A stretch of DNA of 35,075 nucleotides from Neoechinorhynchus agilis (Eukaryota > Animalia > Acanthocephala), in NCBI GenBank assembly GCA_051530055.1, contig JBMGUZ010000024.1, positions 1 to 35,075 on the forward strand. The letters are read 5' to 3'. The position numbers were made by a program, and so were the translations under genes. The notes under the pieces are model-generated. The model did not search any database. It had not been told where the DNA came from and saw only the letters and a list, made by a program, of their open reading frames with translations. Positions 1-9,953 of the stretch are shown one piece after another (position 1 is the stretch's first letter; each line of letters starts with the position of its first letter).

Positions 1-435
1 GATCACGTAGTGACTATTGTCCAACAGTTTATGGATTTTTATATGATAACAACAATTGCTCTAGGATTCGCTCATTCAGTGCATTAACAGAGCATTTCGC
101 GATACCGTCGAGAAAGGCAGAATAAAATAGTTCATCGATTTATACGATCCACTTCAGATTCATTTTAAAGATTAAGTGTTTAATTTCTATGACTTTAAGA
201 GAATTTAAAAACTGAATGAGAATTCGTCGAAATTATCGCCACTGCAAGGGAAGTATAGATTCGATTAGCGTAACCTCTTAAACCTATTAAAAATGTTAGT
301 TCTATACATAAAGTTACGTTTAATTTTCCCTTAAAGTGAACGAGTTCCATCCTTGTCCTTATAAGAATAAAGCATGAGATAATATAAGAAATTGAGCTAC
401 AACCGAACACAGACTTAAAACTGCTCGATCACACG

Positions 436-1569
436 TCACTTCTTATTTTTGATGGCCGACGATCTTGTAACCATGCGGTGAACAGACGGCATGGGTGTTT
501 TCCAATTCTTTTTAGAACTGCGACTCTTTGTGGTCAGTACACTGCTTTTGTGTGAGTTTGCCACGCTCCTAAGGCTCCTTCTCATTACAGGTTGTATGTC
601 CTTCACCTCGGCTGTCTTTGTTGCTTTCCTAGATTTCCCAGCTTTTTCGGCAACCTTCGGTCTTGCATTTCCAGTACGTAGCGGTATAGTTTCCTTTGTT
701 TCAGTCTCCTTCTTGGTATGTTCATCGATAACCGCGGAATCTTCATCGGGCTTGGGAATGGGTGAAATAGCACGTTCAACCGAATACTGTTTCCCCTCCT
801 GAGACAACGATTCAGTACCACGCACGGCAACAAGATTGTCCACTTCGTCACTACCTTCATTAAGCAAGTCGCTAAGTTCCTGATCAGCACGTTCGATGAT
901 TTTTCTATTTGCCTCCGTTTCCATCGAGCTGTTACCGGCTCGCAATAATGCCAGGCTGTCATTGTGCGGAAACACACGAACCGAACCACCGTACTCGCTA
1001 CTCTGTACTTCACTTACTCCTTTCACAACACTGTCGTTGGCAGCCACGCATTCGGTTTGTCGCATTTGATTTAGTGTAGCTAATCGACGGAAGCTAGAAA
1101 GCCGTTGAGAATTTCCACCAACAGGTACTGTTGTTGATCGTGTCAGTGAATTTTTGGGAACCATCTCGCTCAGCTCACTAGATAACCGGCGCTTGGGTGT
1201 CGATGTAAGGCCGATACTCATGTGGCGTTTTACCGATAATGGGACATTGTGCACTGCATCATCGCTGAAAGGCATCGGCATTTCTGACTTTGAAATTTCC
1301 TTTAGTTCCTGAAAACTGTCAGCGGAATTACAATTGTTGCAATTCAGTTCAATTATACTTCTATCGAATTCCTGTTTGCTTAATATATGTGAAACGTTTA
1401 AATCAGGAGTGTCGCTAGTTGAGGCCAAAGCCATCACGGCCGTCTCACGGAGGCATTCGTTTGTTTCCGAGACCTTCTCCTTCTCAGGTTCTACAGAACC
1501 AACAGAAACTGCTTTCGACGATGGCCCTGCGATTGAATCGTCTTTTAAAAGGAGTGGTCTTTCGTCCAA
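436..1569 (-). CDS. Long low-complexity S/E/K/R-rich ORF with basic C-terminus; probably the 3' exon of the FHA-domain gene
   Basis: 377-codon open frame with no ATG near its 5' end (TTG start in the ORF track). Disordered composition ending in basic repeats (RRSLRS, RMVTRSS). Same strand as, and 330 bp downstream of, the FHA ORF. Confidence 0.55.
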   Translation of the reverse strand: MDERPLLLKDDSIAGPSSKAVSVGSVEPEKEKVSETNECLRETAVMALASTSDTPDLNVSHILSKQEFDRSIIELNCNNCNSADSFQELKEISKSEMPMPFSDDAVHNVPLSVKRHMSIGLTSTPKRRLSSELSEMVPKNSLTRSTTVPVGGNSQRLSSFRRLATLNQMRQTECVAANDSVVKGVSEVQSSEYGGSVRVFPHNDSLALLRAGNSSMETEANRKIIERADQELSDLLNEGSDEVDNLVAVRGTESLSQEGKQYSVERAISPIPKPDEDSAVIDEHTKKETETKETIPLRTGNARPKVAEKAGKSRKATKTAEVKDIQPVMRRSLRSVANSHKSSVLTTKSRSSKKNWKTPMPSVHRMVTRSSAIKNKK

Positions 1570-1896
1570 GAAATTGTAAAATTAAATTACGCGGAGATAA
1601 AAACCGGAATCTCGAGGTTGTTTAATACTTATGAACATCAAATAACTTAAAAATAGAAAGTTAATGACGTCGAATAAAACTTCGAAGCAAGAGCTTTAAA
1701 TTAAAGAAGTAATTTTTTATCTAGTATAACATTCGGATATTTTATTTTGCCCAACTACTGAGCAGCTCGGGCATATTCATCTTAGGCATTTGAGATCTCG
1801 CTAGTCCTGCACTTACAAAAGAACTTTACATACATTTCGTTTTCGCTTCAGATAAAAAGACCTAAATACGGAACCGTCCTATGGCTAAAGACAACT

Positions 1897-2970
1897 TCAG
1901 CGTACATCACACATTGAAGCAATTTCTTCAACCTGGTTGGCAAACCTTAAAATTCCGGAGGGTGTATTCAGTACCCGTTTTTCGATAGGATCATTGCAAG
2001 TGCGCCTTGCTTCTTCGACTGCTTCGATCATGCTTTTCGACATTTTTCGACTGGAGCTTAGAAGAAGTTGATTGATTGTAATGGGTGTGGATTCCGAAAC
2101 CGATTCATCGTTATCGACGGGGCAAGCAGAGACCAGTACTTTTCTAGGGGGAGCATTAAGGACCTTTTCGACAGAATCCGATCGAGGTTGAAACGGGGTA
2201 TCGCTTTCGATTCGATCAACTGAGGATTCAGTCGATTTGCTTTGATGTAGCGACTCTACTGGTAGCTGTGGCTTTGAAGTTGCTCGTTCAACTTCTACCT
2301 CAAGAAGTCCAGATTCGTGAGTGGAATTAAGAAACGAGAGGGGCATTAGATCAAAGGAGTTGAATTTGCTCTCTCTAGGGACATATAAAGGTTCGTTGAT
2401 TGAGACGTGATGAGATATCGTTGGATCACCGAACGAAAGGATTGGTTTTCTTAGATACCTTAATTGAAACCGAGCATTTGAGTTCACGGTGATCAGGTCA
2501 TGCTCATGAAGCACTCGTCCAACATCATCGGTCAACACCTCCTCCCCGTTCACTCTGATGTCAAATTCTTCGGACATTTTGACTAAACGGTAAAAGAACT
2601 GTTGATCAACACCAGGATTGCTGACCGGTGATGTGTTCAAATACTCAAGAATTACACACATTGTGTTGGACAGAGGAGATGGAACGGTTTTAGTGGATAG
2701 GCAAACGTCAGCCGATTGGTCAGATCCAAATACGAACCGGGACTTGATGGGATAGCGTTTGAGTGGAACGTCCGATCGACCGTGGTCATCAAGGTCAACC
2801 AACTCAGCTGAAGTGGCTAAAAGCTTGCCGTCAGATTCCAGGTTGTTGGCCATAGCTTTAATAGCGGTACACAAAGAGTGGCGGTGGGATACCCTAGGCG
2901 AACTGACCATTCTGCCGTGAAATGCACGATGACGAAACTGATGCGTATAATCGCCACAAGGAAACGTCAC
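1897..2970 (-). CDS. FHA-domain protein with long disordered tail (Ki-67-like architecture), 5' exon
   Basis: RYPIKSRFVFGSDQSADVCL...LSNTMCVI...IRVNGEEV...LHEHDLITV resembles the FHA fold pattern (FGR..CDI..; VNG....L..GD.I). An S/T/P/E-rich tail follows. The likely start is an internal ATG (e.g. 2853), since the ORF track uses GTG. The 3' end probably splices. Confidence 0.6.
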   Translation of the reverse strand: MTFPCGDYTHQFRHRAFHGRMVSSPRVSHRHSLCTAIKAMANNLESDGKLLATSAELVDLDDHGRSDVPLKRYPIKSRFVFGSDQSADVCLSTKTVPSPLSNTMCVILEYLNTSPVSNPGVDQQFFYRLVKMSEEFDIRVNGEEVLTDDVGRVLHEHDLITVNSNARFQLRYLRKPILSFGDPTISHHVSINEPLYVPRESKFNSFDLMPLSFLNSTHESGLLEVEVERATSKPQLPVESLHQSKSTESSVDRIESDTPFQPRSDSVEKVLNAPPRKVLVSACPVDNDESVSESTPITINQLLLSSSRKMSKSMIEAVEEARRTCNDPIEKRVLNTPSGILRFANQVEEIASMCDVR

Positions 2971-3599
2971 TGGATATCGTCACATAGCGCAAGATGATAA
3001 CTTATTCCAATGATGGTTATAAAATTGTATGAAACGGATCACGCCGCAGGATGAAGAGTGGAACTTTTTCAATAAAAAATTCACCATTTTAAAAATATGT
3101 TAGTTTTGCATTCGGTGTATTTTGGATAAAGGCGATGAACCACATTTCGTAAAGATGTTATTCACGAATTGTTTTCGGTCATGTAAAATAAAGAAAAACA
3201 AGTCTTTATTTAGCAGATGACGTAATAGTCCATCCATCGAAATAAACAGGCATATGCCTATACTCCGCGATCGTGCAGAACATGTTTCCAGGAAGCTGCC
3301 AATAAATTATATTGTGATTGCTTGCATAATTGCCCAAAAACCTTTCCCGATGTCAACGCTACAAAGTAGGCCTTTATGATGCTGCACTATGCGGCTATTT
3401 AAGGAAATAAAAATCGTGGCCAACATCCAATAAGGAGTGTCCAGGCTAGTGAATTTTTCTTCTCAAGCAAATCAATATCCTGCTGACCAATTCCATCGTT
3501 ACTAATCTAGTATCGCATGTATAGCAAAATGCGATCAACAACAACTTTTTCCGTGCTTTTCCCTTCTATAAAAATTTGCATTAATAATACTTCACACAC

Positions 3600-5210
3600 C
3601 CCTCCGTCCCGTTTCTCTCTCAAATGTCGGTTCCCAGCCACACAATCTTTCCATCGTTTTCTCGGCCTTCCGTGCCTCCTGGTCCCTTCGATTTTCATTT
3701 CCTAGACTTTTCGAATAAATCGATTCGACTCTTCACTTTTCACCATATCGCTCCATTTGATTCTCCGTTTCGCGATAGCTTCCTTTATGTTATCCACCTT
3801 CGCTGAGCCCCGGACCGCATTATTTGGGATCACGTCTTGCCTGGTCACCCCACGCATCCACCTAATCATTTTCATTTCGGGCCCCTGCATTCGCTTGATG
3901 TGATTGGCAGTGGTGTTCCATGTCTCCGCCCTATATAACATGGCTGGTCTCATTATTCTGCCTTTCAAGACCAGAAGTACTTTGCAACCACACAAGATCC
4001 CAGTTAGGCTTTTCCAATTCATCCATCCGTTATTTATTATCGATGAAATCTCGGCGGTGATATTGTTTTACATATCGACACCATAGAGCCGAGGTACTTG
4101 AATTTGTCGGATTTCTGTAGCGCTGTCTCTTGAAAGAAAATGCTTTTAATTCTCACGTAGATTGATTTCTCCCCCTGGAATTTTTAGACCTTGACTTTCC
4201 AGAACTTCCCTTCATTTCTCTAGGTCATTATTGAGATCCTGGGAATGATCTCTGGGGAAGACGATGTCGTCGGCGAAAAGCATGTTCCATGGCGGACCTT
4301 TATTGATCGGTTTGCTGATTTCATCCATAGCGACTACCAACAAATAAGGGATCAAAGCTGAACCTTTATGCAGTCCAATGTTCATCAAGAAGCTATTCGT
4401 ATTACCAACTGACGTCCTTATGTTTACTTTGCTCTGCCTGACATGCCCTGAATCGCTGTGATATAACTCTTGGGGCAGAGTTTTCTTCTAAGACAGTTCC
4501 ATGCCAGTTTCCTAGGGGCAGTGTCATAGGCTTTTTCGAGATCGACGAACACGCTGTGTATTTCCCTTCGTTTTTAATGACATTTTTCATATAACTGGCG
4601 TAACGCAAATACAGCTTCGGTGCTACTTCTGCCGGATATAAATCTTCTCTGCTCCTCTAATATGGACATTTCGCTCCGCAGGCGTTGATCAATTATCCTT
4701 TCGTATAGCTTCATCGTGTGGCTCGACAATTTGATTCCTCGATAGCTTGAACAAGCTCTTATATCTCCTCTCTGTTTGTATATCGGTACCAGCGTGGTCT
4801 GCCTCTATTCGTCTGTCATCTTTCCAGTAGTAAGTATTCGCTGGAAGAGATTTTTTAATAGTGGAACAGCATGAACTTCAAGCACTTTCCAGACCTCTAT
4901 GTGTACTTCGTCTGGGCCCGTCACTTTCCCGTTTTTCATCTTGGAAAGTGCTGTTTTAACTTCGACCCCTGATATTGTGTTGATTAATTCTTCGTTAGGT
5001 TCCTGCTCTTCCACTCCTGCTCCATTTTTACTGTTCAGCAGTTGATCGAAGTATTCTCTGCACCTTTCTTTAACTTCTTTTTCTTCGCTCAAAATGTTCC
5101 CATCCTTGTCCTACACGTGGCATTGTATTATCTTCTTGCAGCTTTGAATAGAAGATCGAATTTGCCTCTTGCTTTCCTATAGCCACAACTTTCTTGGCTC
5201 TTTTTCTCGC
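3600..5210 (-). mobile_element. RTE-clade non-LTR retrotransposon, RT and C-terminal half, decayed
   Basis: Frameshifted pieces: MKNGKVTGPDE, GLHKGSALIPYLL, MLFADDIV (~4270), FKYLGS (~4095), RPAMLYRAETW, MKMIRWMRGVTRQD, HGRPRKRWKD. These are the typical RTE/BovB-type RT and C-terminal motifs. Confidence 0.88.
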
Positions 5211-5249
5211 CTTATATATTTCCTTATTCCCCTTAGATTTTATTTATTT

Positions 5250-8200
5250 AAGAATAAACATAAACTAAGCTCACAGCAAATCAAGTCTCATGTATCTACG
5301 AGCCTCCCAGATCCATCTCTTTACCATTCGGAACCGTCGCAAGGACACTTGCAGCGTTGCCGCGCTGGATCGCGAGACCTGTGTTTTGCAGGAAGAACGT
5401 TCCTGCTCTTAGGTCTCCGGTTGCGATCCTCATCTTCCTTGAAAGATCCGCCGTAAAGTTCTTGGCCTCAGCACCGAAGGCACTGAGCGTCTCAACGCCG
5501 AAAGGGATGAAGTGATGTGCCCTCAAGAGCTCCGCGTACTTCCCGCGCTTACGTTCCTCTGCGGCAATTGCAGCACCTCCTTCGCGTCTTGAGGAATGTC
5601 TTAGATTGGACAGAGCAAGGGTGTCCACACAAGTAGCGTCCCAGAGAAGGGATTTCCCTTCTCGCTACGGGAACACCGTTAACCCATCCGGTCTTCGATC
5701 GTCGAGTATGCAGAGGTGACTCGGTTCGAGCAGATTCGGTGCGTGTATCGTGTTTAAGGCCCGACTAATAACCGAGTTAATCTCAGCGTGGCGAGCATAC
5801 CTGCCACCGGACTGGCGACAAACGAGACCGTGTCTACCCAAAGAATCCACAAGGGCCCCACAACGACAGTAGTGTGGGACACAAATCGGGAGACCTACTG
5901 TTTCGTCCGACAGTAAATTTCCGATCGAAGGAATCGGAACGGCGTTCAGCCAGGCACCGGATTCCTTCGAGGAGACCGCCAACAATCGAGCTCGGGTCAC
6001 CTCATCACGCGCGTCAGAAAGCATTGAGTTGTGAACTCGCGTGATTAAAGGTTTATCCCAAACTGACTGTCTCTTGCCTCTCAAAGTAACTTCATCGCAC
6101 TGCGTAATGCGACAAAATTCGAAGATCGCCTCTTTAAAATTTTCATCAAGTAAAAACTCTTTTTCGAGCAATTTAGCTACCAACTTTCGGCTGCTCTCAT
6201 AGGAACCTAAAAAGGCCGGAATCGCAACATCGGCTGTTTTACGAATACCCAAACCGCCGGAAGATACAGGCAAGGAAGCTTGTCTCCATGCCTAATCCGA
6301 CAGTTGGATATTTAAAATCCCGTCGAGACACCTCCTTAAATTATCATCAATTTTCGTCAAGGATTGTTGATGTTTGAAGAAGGGCGCTGTACGCAACTTG
6401 TACAGCAACTTCGGAAGGAAAAGGGCACTCTTTATTAAAAATAATGCCTGATGGGATGGAAGTTCCTTCGTACGCTTGCAGAGCAATTCGACTCTCGGCG
6501 CTATTTGGAGGATCTCTTGAGGTATATTTTCATTAAAAACGCAACTACCCAGAAGAGACAGTTGAGTGCGCGAGATCATTTGATGTTAGGTGCTAGCTGC
6601 ACAAAACTATTGTGGATCTCATTTTCGCTAAGCAGCGTTTTCTGCATTCATCACAAACAGCTCACATTTCGAGGTATTAAGCTCAACGCCGAGCTTGGCA
6701 GCTTCCCTCATGACGACCTCCAAATCTCGCAACACCACGGAGGGAGACCCACCGAGTGTTGCATCGTCCAAATACCAAGCATTAAACTTGGATTGGAGCG
6801 AATGAGCGATCGGGTTGACGGCAAGAGAGAAACCGATAGGACCGAGAGGATCACCTTGTTGGACACCTCGTTGAGACCAGATGATACGGTCGTTGAAAAC
6901 AAGAGGAGTCTCAGTCCCATAGACGTTGAGGAAATAATGGTATGCTTCCGGTGCGTAAGTTGCGACAGCTTCTAGAAGCACACTGCGATCAACACAGTTG
7001 AAGGCGTTTCGGAAGTCGCACTTGAGCACAATACAGGACTCTGAACTGTTTGTGACAAAGGAGCGAAGTGCGTGCACGACAGCTTCGGCTCCGCAAGGCG
7101 TACAGCAACCGAGTTGTACCGGGCGGAAAAGTTGCCAAGATCAACTGCAAGACGTTTGCAAAGAATCTTTGCTGCAAGACGCCGAAGTGTCGATCCTATA
7201 GCGATGGGACGAATCCCACCGTCTTTCTTTTTAAGGGCACAGAGTGAAGCGCCGAAGAACAACTGAATTGCGACGGGAGGCAATTCGTCACCAACGAACA
7301 GATCAACGAGGCGTGACAATCCATTCGGAAGGCTCTGAGCGGCTTCACCTACGGAGAAGGACAACATGTCCTTGAGGTGTTGAGGCCTAAGCCCGTCTAG
7401 CTCATGACCGGATCCACTAGCAAAGGAGGATATCGCTGAATTGAGTTCCTTTACAGAGCAGGAAGACTTCGAGGCAGCCGCGAGGCAAGTCGGAATTTTC
7501 GGTGGTTCCGATGGAGGATGTTTTTGGTTCAAGGCTTTGAGAGTTTCCTCGTTAACCTGGGTAAAAACTTCAGAGGAGGAAAGGATGCGAACAGCTCCCC
7601 GGATGTCACCATCCGCAATTTTGGAGGAGGCACGTTCCCCTATGGATCTAGCCGAAAAATTACTGTGTGTTGGTTGTTCTGTAGGTCCGCGATCGACAGA
7701 TCGAATTGCGTCCGAAAAGAGTTGATCGAAGGAAGCGATTCTTTCTTTGATTGAACTGACCAACGACCCCTCCGAACGGTCACCAGCGCGAAGAACCAGC
7801 CTGGGAAAAGCGAAGAGACGTGTCCATGCAATGTCAGACCCGTTTTCTAAGCAATCCCTTAGCAAAGCACCAAATGACTTCGTCATCTGATACCGAGCGC
7901 CCTTTGGGATCCGTTTCAGGACGTTCCTGGGCAGAACGCGCAAGATATCAGGGAATTTCGTGGGAATGACATGAGGCGCTGGGACATTCCGAGGAGGTAG
8001 TGGGTTCGGGATGACTGATCTTGGGGGGCGGGAGGAACCAGAACAGCGGGATCTGAAGGGACCGTGTATCCGAGCTAACAAGGATTTGTTAAGGCAAAAA
8101 TAACCACCGCATGTTCGATACCTCGGCCTGTTGTTGTAAAGCCTTTGCGCCATCATCATTGAACTCGACGTCGTCCAGTTGTCGTGTGATGGGCACAAGG

Positions 8201-8330
8201 TAATCCAACTCAATTAATAACGTCACAGTCGGCACGGCAGAATCCGAGAGGTCAACGCTCGGCTGCATTGTGTAAAGAAAGACCTCAAAAAAGACCGACC
8301 GAGACCACACAACGAATTCTCAGCTAGCTT
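5250..8330 (-). mobile_element. CRE-clade non-LTR retrotransposon A (RT plus restriction-like endonuclease), decayed
   Basis: N-terminal xxC..HGP...C finger, GIRPIAIG, DFRNAFN, GVQQGDPLGP, WYLDD, CVPHYCRCG..HGLVC knuckle, RRPDG and WDATCVD endonuclease motifs, QRGNA end. Several frameshifts and stops. Confidence 0.9.
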
Positions 8331-8833
8331 ATCGGTCCGTAAGCAAAGAACGCTGCTGCTAATTCACTAAATTCGATAAAATTTCCTGTGGCGTCAGCCT
8401 CGACACGGCAGAAAGCAATAAAAAACTGCGTCTTAAGAAATTCTTTAGCAGGATCGCTCAGAAGTGGCCGAAATGGATTCAGCGATATCTTAAACCCCAA
8501 ATCGCGTCTTAATAGTTCAAATAAAATCTTCTTTTCGAGAGCGAGTTAGGGCAAGGATTAAAAGGCTGTGCTCAGGCGAACGTCGCAATAGATAGAGCTC
8601 GGACCTTTCCAATTTAGATCGTCTTGATACCCGGTGAGAATTTTGTCCACAAACCTGAGGAGTAGAAAATCTCCAAGAATAACGATCGTTGGAGATTTTT
8701 CCTGCGATTATTGTTTAAATACCTCTATTATTGATATTAAAACTTCTTGGTGACTTGATAGAATTCTAAGACCATGAAGCGAAAATACACTAAAATTTCG
8801 CGCACGTTTCTTCAGGTATAGTTTTTACGTGTT

Positions 8834-9690
8834 TCACTTCTCTCCATTTTCTTGTGGATATAGGATATAATCGATTTGAGTTTTCCTCTCGCCGCTGCTG
8901 TGAGTCACAAGTTGTCGTTCTTCTTCCTTACAGTAAGTGTTCGGGATCTGAGGTTTATTTGCCAACGCAAAATCCAAAATGCTTTCTCCCTCTGCTTTCG
9001 GGTTCCAAAGCCTCTTCCACCGTGTGCTTGACACCAGCTCGAGTTTTCCGCGCCAACATGACCGCTGAGATCTTCACATATTATACATTTTTCCTCCTTG
9101 ATTTCATGGACCACATCACTCCGGCTTATGGGGCATAACAAGAAACGATCACCAAGCATTGCCCTCCAAGATCTATCCACATCCAAATTATCCTATCATT
9201 TTTCTTATAGAATTCTATGACTCGATCTGCGTGTTTATCATTCGAGACAGTTCCAACTCCATTTCAACCAGAAGGTGAACCATTGTAAAATAGCTTGAAG
9301 CCGTCTCCAAGATCGCGTGTTTTGGCTCTTTTCAATTTCAGCTCCTGGGCAAAAAGACAATTAATCCTCCTTCTCTTCATCATGTGCACTATTTCCATCG
9401 ATTTACACGTCATTGTTCCGACGTTTGAAGATCCAATTCTCAGTTTTCATTCGCGTTTGTCTTTGTCCATTTGATAATTTATTCACAGAGATCGGACGAG
9501 TTCTCTGCGCGTCGCATACACGGTACGTCCTAATACTTGTTTGTGTGTTCGTTAGACTGCTCACTTTTGGTTTTAATTGGGGTGCAAGGTTTTTTACGGT
9601 CGGATGCCCTTTATGACACCAACCCTCCCCATTTATCCGGACTTGGAACCGGCACCGAGATTAATCGCGGCTGGGTTTTATAGCAAAATA
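8834..9690 (-). mobile_element. RTE-clade LINE 5' part: 5' UTR plus apurinic endonuclease (APE) domain, decayed
   Basis: Translations RRRRINCLFAQELK..DLGDGFKLFYNG..NGVG, GESILDFA, TQIDYIL. The 5' motif GGTGCCGGTTCCAAGTCCGGATAAA...GGGCATCCGACCGTAAAA resembles the conserved RTE 5' UTR. Confidence 0.8.
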
Positions 9691-9953
9691 CGATCAAATC
9701 TGGAATATGGACTTTGACGTATTCTTTTTAACACGAAAAAATCATAACAAAATACAATTTATTAAAATAATACTAAGTTCGGCCAAACTCAAATTCCTTA
9801 AATTGTTCTTTTACAATCCCAATTTGGTTACTCTGGATTCGGAATTTCAAATGGAAGAGAATGGTTAGTGAACTGGTCAGTTAGCGTTACCTGAATTTTC
9901 CTTTCCAGATCGAGAGCTTTATTTCCTTAGACGGTCGCTATATTAAGTCAATT

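Noticed and set aside
491-1625. Overlapping short ORFs on both strands, here and throughout the TE regions
   Set aside because: Shadow frames of the real ORFs with no motifs.
3400-3600. Minus-strand peptide DGIGQQDIDLLEKKN as a BAF- or Rad51-like remnant
   Set aside because: Similarity is too short and is flanked by stops.
8665-8700. 11-bp inverted repeat AAAATCTCCAA/TTGGAGATTTT
   Set aside because: Isolated, with no TSD or supporting context.
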